Shown: piece by piece, positions 1 to 9,679 of the stretch
How the letters are laid out: each line of letters starts with the position of its first letter
How positions within the stretch are numbered: position 1 is the stretch's first letter
Origin: an uncultured Gammaproteobacteria bacterium
GTDB taxonomy: Bacteria; Pseudomonadota; Gammaproteobacteria; JACCXJ01
DNA: 64,000 nt
Direction of reading: 5' to 3'
Assembly: GCA_963764725.1 (NCBI GenBank)
Contig: CAVXTM010000011.1
Location: 64,001 to 128,000 of the forward strand
Made by a program: the position numbers and the translations under genes
Notes under the pieces: model-generated
Told to the model about the DNA's origin: nothing
The model's database searches: none
Seen by the model: only the letters and a program-made list of their open reading frames with translations

Positions 1-699
1 AATCAATCACAGCAGCAGTCTTCGGGACAGCAAAAAGGGCCGATCGAAAAAATGACCTCAGCCGTTAAAGAAACGGTTGCGGAGCTTTTCGGCTCGTCGG
101 ACCAAGAGCAGCAAGGCCAGGGACAAGGCCAGGGACAAAGCACGGGGCAGCAACAAGCGGGCGGCACTCAAGGCTCGAATCCATTGCAGCAAGGTTTTGA
201 AGCAGCCCAGCAGAACTTAGGGGCAGGCGGCGGACAGGGTGGTCAGAGTTTCGGCCAGCAGCCGCACGGCCAATCTGGGCAGCAAGGTACGGGCGGGACC
301 AATCAGCAGCAGTCCTATGGTCAACAAGGGCAATCCGGCCAGGGCCAGGGATCGTTTCAGGCCGGTAATTACGGCCAGCAGCCGCAAGGCCAATTTGGGC
401 AGCAAGGTACGAGCGGAACTAACCAGCAGTCCCAGAGCGCAGGGACGCAGGGCCTCCAAGGCTCCTCAAACCAGAAAGGAGAGTTAACGGGCGGATGGGT
501 CGGAGAGAAGCAGGGGGCGCACATGGATCGTGGCGAATATTACCAAGTACTGGCGCGTCAGCAGTACGTGACGCTGAAACAGGAGTGTAACACTTTGAAG
601 CAGGACCCTAACGTTTACGAACAGTGTCAAAAACATGCCGACTCCATCAGGGAAAAGATCTTAGCGATGGCAAAGGAAGGTGACCAGCGAGGAGGTTAA
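1..699 (+). CDS. Gln/Gly-rich low-complexity protein, 5'-truncated by the window edge
   Basis: Frame is open from base 1 (NQSQQQSSGQQKGPIEK) into ORF 52..699; internal repeat GQQPxGQxGQQGTxGTNQQ; non-repetitive C-terminal region. Confidence 0.75.
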   Translation, partial: NQSQQQSSGQQKGPIEKMTSAVKETVAELFGSSDQEQQGQGQGQGQSTGQQQAGGTQGSNPLQQGFEAAQQNLGAGGGQGGQSFGQQPHGQSGQQGTGGTNQQQSYGQQGQSGQGQGSFQAGNYGQQPQGQFGQQGTSGTNQQSQSAGTQGLQGSSNQKGELTGGWVGEKQGAHMDRGEYYQVLARQQYVTLKQECNTLKQDPNVYEQCQKHADSIREKILAMAKEGDQRGG

Positions 700-758
700 T
701 CCATAGCGTCCCGATGGGCCATATACGATTTTTTCTTTTGGCCTGTGGGAACCAATGA

Positions 759-790
759 CGGCAATGCGAGCAGCCATGCTCGCATTGCCG
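759..790. terminator. Perfect 14-bp hairpin downstream of the Q/G-rich gene (terminator or REP-like)
   Basis: CGGCAATGCGAGCA-gcca-TGCTCGCATTGCCG; no clear U-tract. Confidence 0.5.
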
Positions 791-919
791 GCGGCCTCTC
801 AGTATTCCACAAGCGTAGCGCCGGATTGACGCCTAAAGTTTTCCTCGGCTTCACGTAGGTCCGCGCAATGGTGGACACGTCTTTTCGACCGTCACGCGAA
901 CCCGAGCCTCCTCCTTTTC

Positions 920-1185
920 AAACGATGACCGCCACGTCCCCATCGCCTCAATCGCCTTCCTTGCGCAATACGTTTGACGGCTACTTCCTGGTCGTGGCGG
1001 CTAAAACCGAGATCGCGGACGGCATCTCCCACTCATGATTTGCGGCAGTCCGAATAGTCGGGCAGCAGTAGCAGATGGAAGGGAGCCGGTCAGGTCGAAA
1101 TAGGCTCCTGCCAGCGGAAGGAACAAGGACGTCGCATCGGCGCTGCCGTAGTAGCGGCGAAACGGGATTTCATCGAGCACAACCT
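920..1185 (-). pseudogene. Deleted remnant of amylo-alpha-1,6-glucosidase (glycogen debranching enzyme)
   Basis: EIPFRRYYGSADATSLFLPLAGAYFDLTG matches the family motif; VLRKEGD-like C-terminal piece near 945-990. Confidence 0.6.
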
Positions 1186-1187
1186 GA

Positions 1188-1352
1188 TTGTTTGCCTCGC
1201 GAAACGCGACAGTCATTGCCGTCCTCTTCGTCTGTGCGCTATCCGTCGCTTCCGCCGTCTTCCTCATCGTGGAGATGGACCGAGCGTTTGAAGGCTTGAT
1301 CAAGGCATCGGCAGATCCGATGCGCTTCGCGCCCGCCCGTCTTAACCAATAG
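1188..1352 (+). pseudogene. C-terminal fragment of a DUF4239 (bestrophin-like) membrane protein
   Basis: LFASRNATVIAVLFVCALSVASAVFLIVEMDRAFEGLIKASADPMR...stop; no start codon. Confidence 0.6.
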
Positions 1353-1384
1353 GCTGTCGTCACACGGGATAAACGCCAATCTGC

Positions 1385-1545
1385 CCGGCACGTGGTATGT
1401 TCATTACAATCCGGTCAAGCATGAGCTCGTCGCCGAGGTTCATGATTGGCCGTATTCAACGTATCGTCATTACGCCCGGCTCGGTCTGTATCCACAGGAT
1501 GGGGCAGGTGCCGCGCTGCCACGAAACGAAGGCGGTTATGGCGAA
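1385..1545 (+). pseudogene. C-terminal fragment of REP-associated tyrosine transposase (RAYT/TnpA-REP)
   Basis: YVHYNPVKHELVAEVHDWPYSTYRHYARLGLYP, the YxHxNPVKxGLV..DWPxSS motif. Confidence 0.7.
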
Positions 1546-1672
1546 CCGGACGAATACCACCGCGTGCGCTACGCTTGCTAATTTTTGGATCGCAGAGGCG
1601 ATAATGCAAGATGGGAGACGTGACCGCACGTACCAATTTCCAAACCGGAGGCCGGCGCAAAACGACTAGTCC

Positions 1673-2656
1673 ATGCTACATCCACGACCTTATGCAAAAA
1701 CGTCAAACGCGCGACTCGCAGGCGTCGCGTTACTTTGCGCCCTTTCTCTGCTCGGCTGCGGCGCCACGGAGCCGCCGCTCTATCAGGGCTACGTTGAGGG
1801 CGAGTTTGTCCGCGTCGCGGTCCCCTTTTCCGGCACGCTGGAGAAGCTTCAGGTGCGGCGCGGAAAAATCATCGCTGCCGGAGCGCCCCTGTTTATCCTC
1901 GAACAAGCGAACGAGGCCGCGGCGCGGCGCGAGGCCGAGGCGCGCTTGCGTGCGGCCGAGGCGCGGCTCGCCAACCTCAAGTCCGGCAGGCGTCCCGCGG
2001 AGCTCGATGTGATCAAGGCGCAGATGGACCAAGCGGTCGCCGCCGCCCAGCTTTCCGCGAGCGAGCTGAAGCGCGATGAAAAGCTGCTCGCAAACGGTTT
2101 CATCGCACCCGAACGCTTGGATACCCGTATCGCGACTAACAAGGCTGATCGCGCGCGCGTCGCCGAACTTACCCACCAGTTGAAAACCGCCCAGCTCGCG
2201 GGACGCGACGAGGAGATCCGCGCCGCGGCCGCCGAATCGAATGCCGCGCGCGCGCTACTCGAGCAGCAGTCCTGGCGACTGACCCAGAAAACCGCCAAGG
2301 CCAGCCAAGCGGCGTTGGTGTTCGATACCCTGTACAGCGAAGGCGAGTGGGTGCCGGCGGGCAGTCCGGTCGTGAGCCTGCTGCCGCCCGGTAACGTCAA
2401 GCTGCGTTTCTTTGTGCCGGAAACGGTCGTCGGTAAGCTCTCGCTTGGCCACGCCGTCGAGGCCAGATGCGACGGGTGCGCGGCGGCGATCGCGGCCAAG
2501 ATCAGCTACATTTCGCCCCAGCCCGAATTCACGCCGCCAGTGATTTATAGCAACGAGAGCCGGAGCAAACTGGTGTTCCTAGTAGAAGCCGAGCCGAGAG
2601 CGCAAGACGCCGCGCGCCTGCATCCGGGCCAACCGCTCGACATACGCCTTCAATGA
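1673..2656 (+). CDS. HlyD-family membrane fusion protein (YbhG-like), probable lipoprotein
   Basis: LLGC lipobox, QGYVEGE, coiled coil, PEFTPPVIYS motif. Confidence 0.9.
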   Translation: MLHPRPYAKTSNARLAGVALLCALSLLGCGATEPPLYQGYVEGEFVRVAVPFSGTLEKLQVRRGKIIAAGAPLFILEQANEAAARREAEARLRAAEARLANLKSGRRPAELDVIKAQMDQAVAAAQLSASELKRDEKLLANGFIAPERLDTRIATNKADRARVAELTHQLKTAQLAGRDEEIRAAAAESNAARALLEQQSWRLTQKTAKASQAALVFDTLYSEGEWVPAGSPVVSLLPPGNVKLRFFVPETVVGKLSLGHAVEARCDGCAAAIAAKISYISPQPEFTPPVIYSNESRSKLVFLVEAEPRAQDAARLHPGQPLDIRLQ

Positions 2657-3606
2657 TCTCGCGCTTAAGTAATATGCAGGCATCTGATTACGCCGTCGAC
2701 GTCCGCGGGCTCAACAAGCATTTCGGCGACAAGCATGTAGTGCGTGATCTTTCCCTGCGCGTCGGGCGCGGTGAGATCTTCGGCTTTCTCGGCCCCAACG
2801 GCAGCGGCAAGACCACCTCGATTCGAATGCTGTGCGGGCTGCTGACGCCCGATTCGGGAGAAGGTACTTGCCTCGGTTTCGACATCATTCGCGAGCGCGC
2901 CGAGGTCAAGAGGCGCGTTGGCTACATGACCCAGAAATTTTCGCTCTGGGAGGACCTCTCGATCCGCGAGAACCTCGATTTCGTGGCCCGGCTCTACGGC
3001 ATGAAGGCCCGTCGCGACGCCGTTGATCGCGCCCTGGAGAGCCTCGGTCTCGCCTCCCGCGCAAGGCAGCTCGCCGGCGCGCTTTCCGGCGGCTGGAAGC
3101 AGCGGCTGGCCTTGGCGGCGTGCATGCTGCACACCCCGGAGCTTCTGCTGCTCGATGAGCCGACCGCGGGTGTCGACCCCAAGGCACGTCGCGACTTCTG
3201 GGAGGAGATCCATCGGCTCGCGGCTGGCGGCATTTCGGTGCTGGTTTCGACCCACTACATGGACGAGGCCGAGCGGTGCCACAAGCTGGCCTACATCGCC
3301 TCCGGCCGGCTCCTCACACAGGGCACCGCTGCTGAAGTCGTCGCCCGCCAAGGACTCACGACTTGGGCGGCGAGCGGCGGCGACCTCACGGCGCTCGCGA
3401 GGAAGCTTGAGGGCAAACCAGGAGTCGATCAGATCATCGCCTTCGGCAACTCGCTGCACCTCACAGGTCTCGATGCCGCGCGCCTGGAAGCCAGTATCGA
3501 CGCGGTCCGTGGCGATGGTGCACAGCGCTGGGAACGCATCGAGTCGGGCCTCGAGGATGTGTTCATCCACCTGATGAGCGAGGCCGAGGACCGCTTCATC
3601 CCATGA
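2653..3606 (+). CDS. ABC transporter ATP-binding protein (YbhF-like)
   Basis: Walker A GPNGSGKT, LSGG signature, LLLDEPT, STHYMDEA. Confidence 0.95.
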   Translation: MISRLSNMQASDYAVDVRGLNKHFGDKHVVRDLSLRVGRGEIFGFLGPNGSGKTTSIRMLCGLLTPDSGEGTCLGFDIIRERAEVKRRVGYMTQKFSLWEDLSIRENLDFVARLYGMKARRDAVDRALESLGLASRARQLAGALSGGWKQRLALAACMLHTPELLLLDEPTAGVDPKARRDFWEEIHRLAAGGISVLVSTHYMDEAERCHKLAYIASGRLLTQGTAAEVVARQGLTTWAASGGDLTALARKLEGKPGVDQIIAFGNSLHLTGLDAARLEASIDAVRGDGAQRWERIESGLEDVFIHLMSEAEDRFIP

Positions 3607-4736
3607 GTCGCTTTTCCTACTCCCGCTGGTGGGGCATCGTCGTCAAGGAGTTCATCCAACTCAAGCGCGACCGGCTGACGTTCGGCATGATCATCGGCAT
3701 TCCGATCATTCAGTTGCTGCTCTTCGGCTTCGCCATCAACAACGATCCCAAGGGCCTGCCCACGGCGCTGATCGTCCAGGACCACAGCGACGTGGGCCGC
3801 AGCTTCGTGCAGGGCCTCATAAACACGGGCTACTTTCGCGTCACCCAGGTCCTCGATTCGGAAAGGGAAGGCGAGGCGCTCCTCGCGCGCGGCGAGGTCC
3901 AGTTTGTCGTGACCATGCCGCCGGACTTCTCGCGCAAGCTCTTTCGCGGTGAGAAGCCGGCGCTGCTCATCGAGGCCGACGCCACCGATCCTGCCGCCAC
4001 CAGCAACGCGCTGGCCGCGGTGCTCCCGTTGTCCCAGACTGTTCTGCAACGCGATCTCAGCGGCGGCCTGGCAACGCTCGCGGGCAGCGGCCCGCCCTTC
4101 GAGGTGCGCCTCCACCGGCGTTACAACCCCGAGGGTATTACCCAGTACAACATAGTCCCAGGGTTGATGGGCGTGATCCTCACCATGACCATGGTGCTCA
4201 TGACCGGGCTGGCCATGACTCGGGAGCGGGAACGCGGCACCATGGAGAACCTGCTCGCGACACCGGCCTTGCCGGTCGAAGTGATGACCGGCAAGCTCGT
4301 GCCCTACATCATGATCGGGCTGGTGCAAGCGACCATCATCATGCTCGCCGCGCGCTACCTCTTCCGGGTGCCGTTCCTGGGCAGTGTGCCGTTGCTCTAC
4401 GGGGTGATCCTGATCTTCATCGCCGCCAATCTTACGCTCGGCATCACCTTCTCCTCCATCGCTAAGAACCAGCTTCAGGCGATGCAAATGACCTTCTTCT
4501 TTTTCCTGCCCTCGATCCTCCTCTCCGGCTTCATGTTTCCGTTCCGCGGTATGCCGGGGTGGGCGCAAACGATCGGCGAAGCGCTGCCGCTGACCCATTT
4601 CCTCCGGCTGGTGCGAGGGATATTGCTCAAGGGGCAAGGCTGGTACGATCTCTGGCCCAATGTGTGGCCGCTCGCCGCGTTCATGCTCGCGGTGATCGCG
4701 TTGGGGCTGAAGTTCTACAAACACACGCTCGATTAG
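3603..4736 (+). CDS. ABC-2 transporter permease (YbhS/YbhR-like)
   Basis: KEFIQLKRD start, RERERGTME motif, six TM segments. Confidence 0.93.
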   Translation: MSRFSYSRWWGIVVKEFIQLKRDRLTFGMIIGIPIIQLLLFGFAINNDPKGLPTALIVQDHSDVGRSFVQGLINTGYFRVTQVLDSEREGEALLARGEVQFVVTMPPDFSRKLFRGEKPALLIEADATDPAATSNALAAVLPLSQTVLQRDLSGGLATLAGSGPPFEVRLHRRYNPEGITQYNIVPGLMGVILTMTMVLMTGLAMTRERERGTMENLLATPALPVEVMTGKLVPYIMIGLVQATIIMLAARYLFRVPFLGSVPLLYGVILIFIAANLTLGITFSSIAKNQLQAMQMTFFFFLPSILLSGFMFPFRGMPGWAQTIGEALPLTHFLRLVRGILLKGQGWYDLWPNVWPLAAFMLAVIALGLKFYKHTLD

Positions 4737-4805
4737 CGATAGGGCACGAAACACGACATTGTCGTTTTCGACTTTTTCGACAGCTTCGTTAGGTGCTGCG
4801 ATGAC

Positions 4806-4834
4806 TTGACGTTCCAACGTCTGGACGTTAGTTT
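4806..4834 (+). promoter_or_regulatory. sigma70 promoter of the TA operon with palindromic operator; probably a leaderless transcript
   Basis: TTGACG-17 bp-TAGTTT; AACGTC-tg-GACGTT palindrome in the spacer; ATG only 6 nt after the -10 box, no RBS. Confidence 0.65.
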
Positions 4835-4840
4835 AAACCC

Positions 4841-5071
4841 ATGGAAACTCAAAAGCGTGCCACTGTTTATTTTGATGCCGAGGTCCATCAAGCTCTTCGG
4901 TTGAAAGCCGCAGCTTCCCATCGCTCCATTTCCGAAATGGTTAACGAGGCGGTCAAAGTCATCCTAGCGGAAGATGCTGAAGACCTCTCAGCCTTCGAGG
5001 AGCGCAAAGGCGAGCGCAGCATTTCCTTCGAGTCCTTCGTACAAGATTTGAGACGGCGTGGCCGAATATAG
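4841..5071 (+). CDS. CopG/ribbon-helix-helix antitoxin
   Basis: KRATVYFD..HQALRLKAA..SISEMVNEA RHH pattern; overlaps a RelE-like gene. Confidence 0.85.
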   Translation: METQKRATVYFDAEVHQALRLKAAASHRSISEMVNEAVKVILAEDAEDLSAFEERKGERSISFESFVQDLRRRGRI

Positions 5072-5333
5072 GCTACGCATCAAGCCGTCGGCCGCGAAGG
5101 AGATTGATGCCATTGGCTCCAGGAGAGATCGCCGACGCATCATTGCTCGAATTGCGGCGCTCTCAAAGGAACCTCGCCCCTTGGGCTGTGAGAAGCTTGC
5201 AGGTTCCAAAAGTCGATATCGTGTTCGCCAAGGCAACTATCGTGTGGTGTACGCTTTAGATGACGCTGCGCGGCGGGTCGTAGAGGTGGTCAAAGTCGGT
5301 CATCGCCGTGAGGTCTATCGCAAAGGTACCTAA
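5058..5333 (+). CDS. relE: RelE/ParE family type II toxin
   Basis: PRPLGCEKLAG, YRVRQGNYRVVY, VKVGHRREVYR. Confidence 0.9.
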   Translation: MAEYRLRIKPSAAKEIDAIGSRRDRRRIIARIAALSKEPRPLGCEKLAGSKSRYRVRQGNYRVVYALDDAARRVVEVVKVGHRREVYRKGT

Positions 5334-5508
5334 CTCCCGCCCCTGTCGGATTCCGACAAATATTGCGCAAGAATTAGCCAGGCCGGCAGTGGCTGCGTAT
5401 GATTTCATGGAGCGGCTGGATGGCTGCGAGCAGGTCCGGCGGTCACTATTATAGGACTCGAGGATCGCCTGTGACTATATAGGCCGACGAAAAACTCAAG
5501 GCAATCCG

Positions 5509-6444
5509 ATGCAAAACTTGTTGGTTACATTTTTTACGATCGTGGTCATCACGTGGTTGCTGGCGACGTTCGCCTTGTACGTGTTTCAACCCAATTTCGT
5601 CTATTTTCCCACGAAAGAGCTAGTCGCGACGCCGAAGCAAATCGGGCTTGCGTATAAATCGGTTTACTTAAGCACCGGCGACGGCGCGCGCATCCATGGC
5701 TGGTATGTGCCCGCGGATAAAGCGCGCGCTACGGTACTCTATCTGCACGGGAACGGCGGGAACATCTCCCACCGGCTCGCCGCGCTGCAAGCATTCCACG
5801 CCCTGGCGCTCAACACTTTCATCATTGATTATCACGGCTATGGATTGAGCGAGGGCGATCCGAGCGAAGACGGCACCTACCAAGACGCCGAGGCCGCCTG
5901 GGAACACCTGACGCGCACGCGCGGCCTCGCGCCCGAGGAAATCGTCGTCTTCGGCGAATCGCTGGGCGGGGCCGTCGCCGTCTGGCTGACCACCCACTAC
6001 CGGCCGGCCGGTCTCATTCTCGAATCGCCCTTTACGTCCTTGCGCGATCTGGCGAAGCGTTACTATCCGTTCGCGCCGGTGGACCTCTTATTGCGGTTCC
6101 ACTACCCCACCTTGGAACACATCGCTAAAGTCGCCTGCCCCATACTCATCGTCCATAGCCGCGACGATGAGATCGTACCCTTCGAGCACGGCGAACGGCT
6201 CTATAAAGCGATCACGGCTCGCAAGATGTTCCTGGAACGCACCGGCGGCCACAACGACGCATTCAGCGCGGATGTTAATCACTACATGCCGGCCCTCGGC
6301 CGCTTTATCACCGGGGTGCTCGTGCGCACGGACGAAGCGAGTAAGGTGCGGCGTTCTTTACCCTTCGGGCGTCGTGTGCTCAGCACCGCACTCGCTATCC
6401 GAGAGTATGTAGTCATGCCTGCTCTCAATACCGCTCATGCATGA
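5509..6444 (+). CDS. Alpha/beta hydrolase (ABHD13/BEM46-like)
   Basis: HGNGGN, GESLGG nucleophile elbow, DEIVP, GHND. Confidence 0.9.
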   Translation: MQNLLVTFFTIVVITWLLATFALYVFQPNFVYFPTKELVATPKQIGLAYKSVYLSTGDGARIHGWYVPADKARATVLYLHGNGGNISHRLAALQAFHALALNTFIIDYHGYGLSEGDPSEDGTYQDAEAAWEHLTRTRGLAPEEIVVFGESLGGAVAVWLTTHYRPAGLILESPFTSLRDLAKRYYPFAPVDLLLRFHYPTLEHIAKVACPILIVHSRDDEIVPFEHGERLYKAITARKMFLERTGGHNDAFSADVNHYMPALGRFITGVLVRTDEASKVRRSLPFGRRVLSTALAIREYVVMPALNTAHA

Positions 6445-6574
6445 CACTCTTTGCTTTTTTGCACAAGATTTCATGGATAAGGGACTAAACGAATTGCGGC
6501 ATCGGTTTTGCCTTAGATGCTGGTAGCGGTTGTGCTACAATCGGCCGCGGAACTCGCTCCTGTTCATAACGCCC

Positions 6575-6910
6575 ATGCGGAAACGTCGTATGTATAAAGT
6601 GATCTTTCATAACCAAGGCCGGATCTACGAGATCTACGCAAAGAACGTCGTGCAGAGCGGTATGGTCGGCTTTATCGAGGTCGATAAGCTGGTGTTCGGA
6701 ACGCGCTCTACCTTGGTCGTCGATCCTTCCGAAGACCAATTGAAATCGGAATTCGGTGGCGTCAACCGCACCTATATTCCTCTGCATGCCATCATTCGTA
6801 TCGATGAGGTCGATAAGGAAGGCCAGGTTAAGGTGACACAGGCAAGCGCCGACGGCACTAACGTTACGCCGTTTCCAATCTTCACCCAAAAGGACACGAC
6901 GAAACGCTGA
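6575..6910 (+). CDS. DUF1820 family protein
   Basis: YKVIFHNQGRIYEIYA, VVDPSEDQLKSEF, YIPLHAIIRIDEV. Confidence 0.85.
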   Translation: MRKRRMYKVIFHNQGRIYEIYAKNVVQSGMVGFIEVDKLVFGTRSTLVVDPSEDQLKSEFGGVNRTYIPLHAIIRIDEVDKEGQVKVTQASADGTNVTPFPIFTQKDTTKR

Positions 6911-6928
6911 GAGCTTGGCGCCTAGCGT

Positions 6929-7135
6929 CTATTCGAGCGCGATGGTGTCGGCAATCGTGTGGCGTAGCCCCAGGCCGCCGACCTCCAAAGTGATCGTCAC
7001 CGCCAGCCGCTCCGCACCGCTGAGTTGACCCGCGGCGATGCCCTCCCGCACGGCGCGCTCGAGCTCGCGCTGGGAGCTAACGCCGACCTTCTTTAGAAAC
7101 TTCCGCACTTCCAGGTTGAATGTGTCCTCGTTCAT
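6929..7135 (-). CDS. Small conserved protein (DUF6494-like)
   Basis: MNEDTFNLEVRKFLKKVGVSSQRELE; GGAGG RBS. Confidence 0.75.
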   Translation of the reverse strand: MNEDTFNLEVRKFLKKVGVSSQRELERAVREGIAAGQLSGAERLAVTITLEVGGLGLRHTIADTIALE

Positions 7136-7291
7136 GGTTGGCCTCCGGAGTTCGTGAATAAATCTGCATCCCGACCACGACGATTCATTTATACCGTTCT
7201 AGCCGGGGTTTCTTGTCAATCTCGCCCCCTCAACCAATAATAGCGCATGGCCACCAGCACAACCTGAAACGCTGTCTACCCATTGCCTGAA

Positions 7292-7924
7292 ATGCCGGAA
7301 ACTCGCACACAGATCACAGGACTGATCCTGGCCGGCGGGCGCGCGCAGCGCATGGGGGGGCAGGATAAGGGGCTGTTGCCCTTGGCCGGCCAGCCGCTGG
7401 TTGTTCACGTCATCGCGGCCCTCGCGCCCCAGGTTTGCGACATCGTCATTAACGCCAATCGCAATGCCGAGGTGTACTCGAGCCAGGGCTACCGCGTCTT
7501 TGCGGATGCGGTCGGCGGGTATTGCGGACCCCTGGCGGGGATCGAAAGCGGCCTGCGTCTCGCGGCCACCCCCTATCTGCTGAGCGTGCCGTGTGATTCT
7601 CCGTTCTTGCCCCCGGCGCTTGGTCAGCGGCTTTATGCCGCCCTCACCGAGGCGGACGCCGAGATTGCGGTGGTCCACGACGGCGAGTGGATGCAACCGG
7701 TATTCGCGCTCATCACCCGCAGTCTGCGATCGTCTTTGTCGCGTTTCCTCGCGAGTGGTGGCCGTAAAATCGACCGCTGGTACGCGCAGCACCGGCTTGC
7801 GATTGCGGACTTCTCCGATACCCCCGAGGCCTTTGTCAATCTCAACACACCGGAAGAGCTCGCGGCCGCCGAAGACACGATGACCGGCCGGCGGCCGGCC
7901 GCGGCCGGAGCTATACCACCATGA
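7292..7924 (+). CDS. mobA: Molybdenum cofactor guanylyltransferase
   Basis: ILAGGRAQRMGGQDKGL, GPLAG, PCDSP, NLNTPEEL. Confidence 0.93.
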   Translation: MPETRTQITGLILAGGRAQRMGGQDKGLLPLAGQPLVVHVIAALAPQVCDIVINANRNAEVYSSQGYRVFADAVGGYCGPLAGIESGLRLAATPYLLSVPCDSPFLPPALGQRLYAALTEADAEIAVVHDGEWMQPVFALITRSLRSSLSRFLASGGRKIDRWYAQHRLAIADFSDTPEAFVNLNTPEELAAAEDTMTGRRPAAAGAIPP

Positions 7925-9186
7925 GCGCGAAGACCCCACTCGCGCCGAGCTGCGCGGATGACCACGATCCGGACTCGCTGGCGCCCGATCTGGCGCTAAA
8001 GCGCATTTTGTCGGAAATTACGCCCTTAAAATCGCCCGAAGTCGTCTCGGTGCGCAACGCGCTCGGGCGGATACTAGCGCGCGAAATCGTGTCCACCCTC
8101 GACGTGCCCGCGCATACCAATGCTGCCATGGACGGCTACGCGCTCAAAGCGGCCGATCTGCCCCGCGCGGGCGTCGCGGCGCTCAAGCTTCGCGGCACCG
8201 CCTGGGCGGGCAAGCCCTTCGAGGGCGATGTCGCGGCCGGTCATTGCGTCCGCATCTTCACCGGCGCGCTCATGCCTGCCGGCGCGGATACCGTCGTCAT
8301 GCAAGAACAGGTCGAAGCGGCCGGCGATATGATCCGGGTGCGCCCGGGTCAAAAACCAGGTCAGAACGTGCGCCCGGCCGGCGAGGACATTGCGCAGGGC
8401 GAGCATGTGCTCAGTGCCGGAAAACGGCTCATGCCCGCCGATCTCGGGCTTATCGCATCCTTGGGGGTAGGCGAGGTCGCGGTCACGAGGCGGCCGCGGG
8501 TGGCTTTTTTTTCGACCGGCGATGAGCTGCGTTCGATCGGCGAGCCCCTGTCTCCCGGAGCGATCTACGACAGTAACCGCTACACGCTCCACGGGGGTTT
8601 GACGCGCCTTGGCGTCGATCTCATCGACATGGGCGTGGTCCGTGATGTGCGCGAAGCATTGGAGCATGCCTTCGCCGAGGCCGCGGCGAACGCGGATGTT
8701 CTCATTACGACCGGCGGGGCATCGGTCGGAGAGGCCGACTACATCACCGAGACGCTACGGCGCGCCGGCCGGGTAGCATTCTGGAAAGTAGCCATTAAGC
8801 CCGGCCGCCCCCTCGCCTTCGGGCGCGTGCACGGCGCGCATTTTTTCGGTCTCCCCGGCAATCCCGTGTCCGTGATGGCCACGTTTTATCAATTGGTCCA
8901 GCCGGCGCTTCGCCACCTCATGGGCGAAACCGAAATCACCCCCTTGCTCATCAAGGCACGCTGCATGAGCCCGCTCAGGAAAAAACCGGGACGGGTGGAA
9001 TACCAGCGCGGGGTGATCGAGCGCGACGACCAGGGAGAGCTCGTGGTCCACAGCACCGGATCGCAGGGCTCGGCGATCCTTCGTTCCATGAGCGTGGCCA
9101 ACTGTTTTATCGTGCTTCCTACTGATTGGGGCCGTGTCGAGCCGGGAACGCTCGTCGACGTGCAGCCGTTTTTCGGGTTGGTTTAG
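7921..9186 (+). CDS. moeA: Molybdopterin molybdotransferase
   Basis: AMDGYA, RIFTGA, STGDEL, KPGRP, GLPGNPVS. Confidence 0.95.
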   Translation: MSAKTPLAPSCADDHDPDSLAPDLALKRILSEITPLKSPEVVSVRNALGRILAREIVSTLDVPAHTNAAMDGYALKAADLPRAGVAALKLRGTAWAGKPFEGDVAAGHCVRIFTGALMPAGADTVVMQEQVEAAGDMIRVRPGQKPGQNVRPAGEDIAQGEHVLSAGKRLMPADLGLIASLGVGEVAVTRRPRVAFFSTGDELRSIGEPLSPGAIYDSNRYTLHGGLTRLGVDLIDMGVVRDVREALEHAFAEAAANADVLITTGGASVGEADYITETLRRAGRVAFWKVAIKPGRPLAFGRVHGAHFFGLPGNPVSVMATFYQLVQPALRHLMGETEITPLLIKARCMSPLRKKPGRVEYQRGVIERDDQGELVVHSTGSQGSAILRSMSVANCFIVLPTDWGRVEPGTLVDVQPFFGLV

Positions 9187-9617
9187 CCGGTGGTTTTTTC
9201 GACCCAGCGGGCCCCTTCCGCCAACGTCTCCTTCTTCCAAAAAGGCGCGCGCGCCTTGAGGTCTTCAATCAAGAACCGGCAGGCTTCGAAGGCCGCCGAC
9301 CGGTGCGCGGACCACACCGCGATCACGACGATCGGATCGCCCGGTTGCACCTCCCCGACCCGATGAATGATGAGGCCATCGAGGATCGGCCAGCGCGCCT
9401 TCGCCTCCTGGCCAATCTGTTCGAGATGCTTTTCGGTCATTCCGGGATAATGCTCGAGCGTCATGGCGCGGACGGAGGTGCCGTCGTTGAAGTCGCGCAT
9501 CGTGCCCACGAAAACGGCGCACGCGCCGTACGAGCCCCGTTCTCGCGCCAGCGCCTGCTCGTAGCGGATCACCTCGGCCCAGGGATCGATCGCTTGATGA
9601 CGTATCTCGATTTTCAC
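9183..9617 (-). CDS. moaE: Molybdopterin synthase catalytic subunit
   Basis: FVGTMRD, LEHYPGM, HRVG, SAHR, LKARAPFWKKE. Confidence 0.93.
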   Translation of the reverse strand: MKIEIRHQAIDPWAEVIRYEQALARERGSYGACAVFVGTMRDFNDGTSVRAMTLEHYPGMTEKHLEQIGQEAKARWPILDGLIIHRVGEVQPGDPIVVIAVWSAHRSAAFEACRFLIEDLKARAPFWKKETLAEGARWVEKTTG

Positions 9618-9679
9618 CAGATTTCAGCGGTAACGATTCGCGCCGAGCGAAGCCCGGCGCGGCGATACATTATAGTTTA

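Noticed and set aside
3429-4817. 462-aa minus-strand ORF
   Set aside because: Antisense to the ABC permease; typical high-GC shadow frame.
6455-6480. Degenerate inverted DnaA-box pair
   Set aside because: Both boxes have multiple mismatches and there is no AT-rich unwinding tract; too weak.
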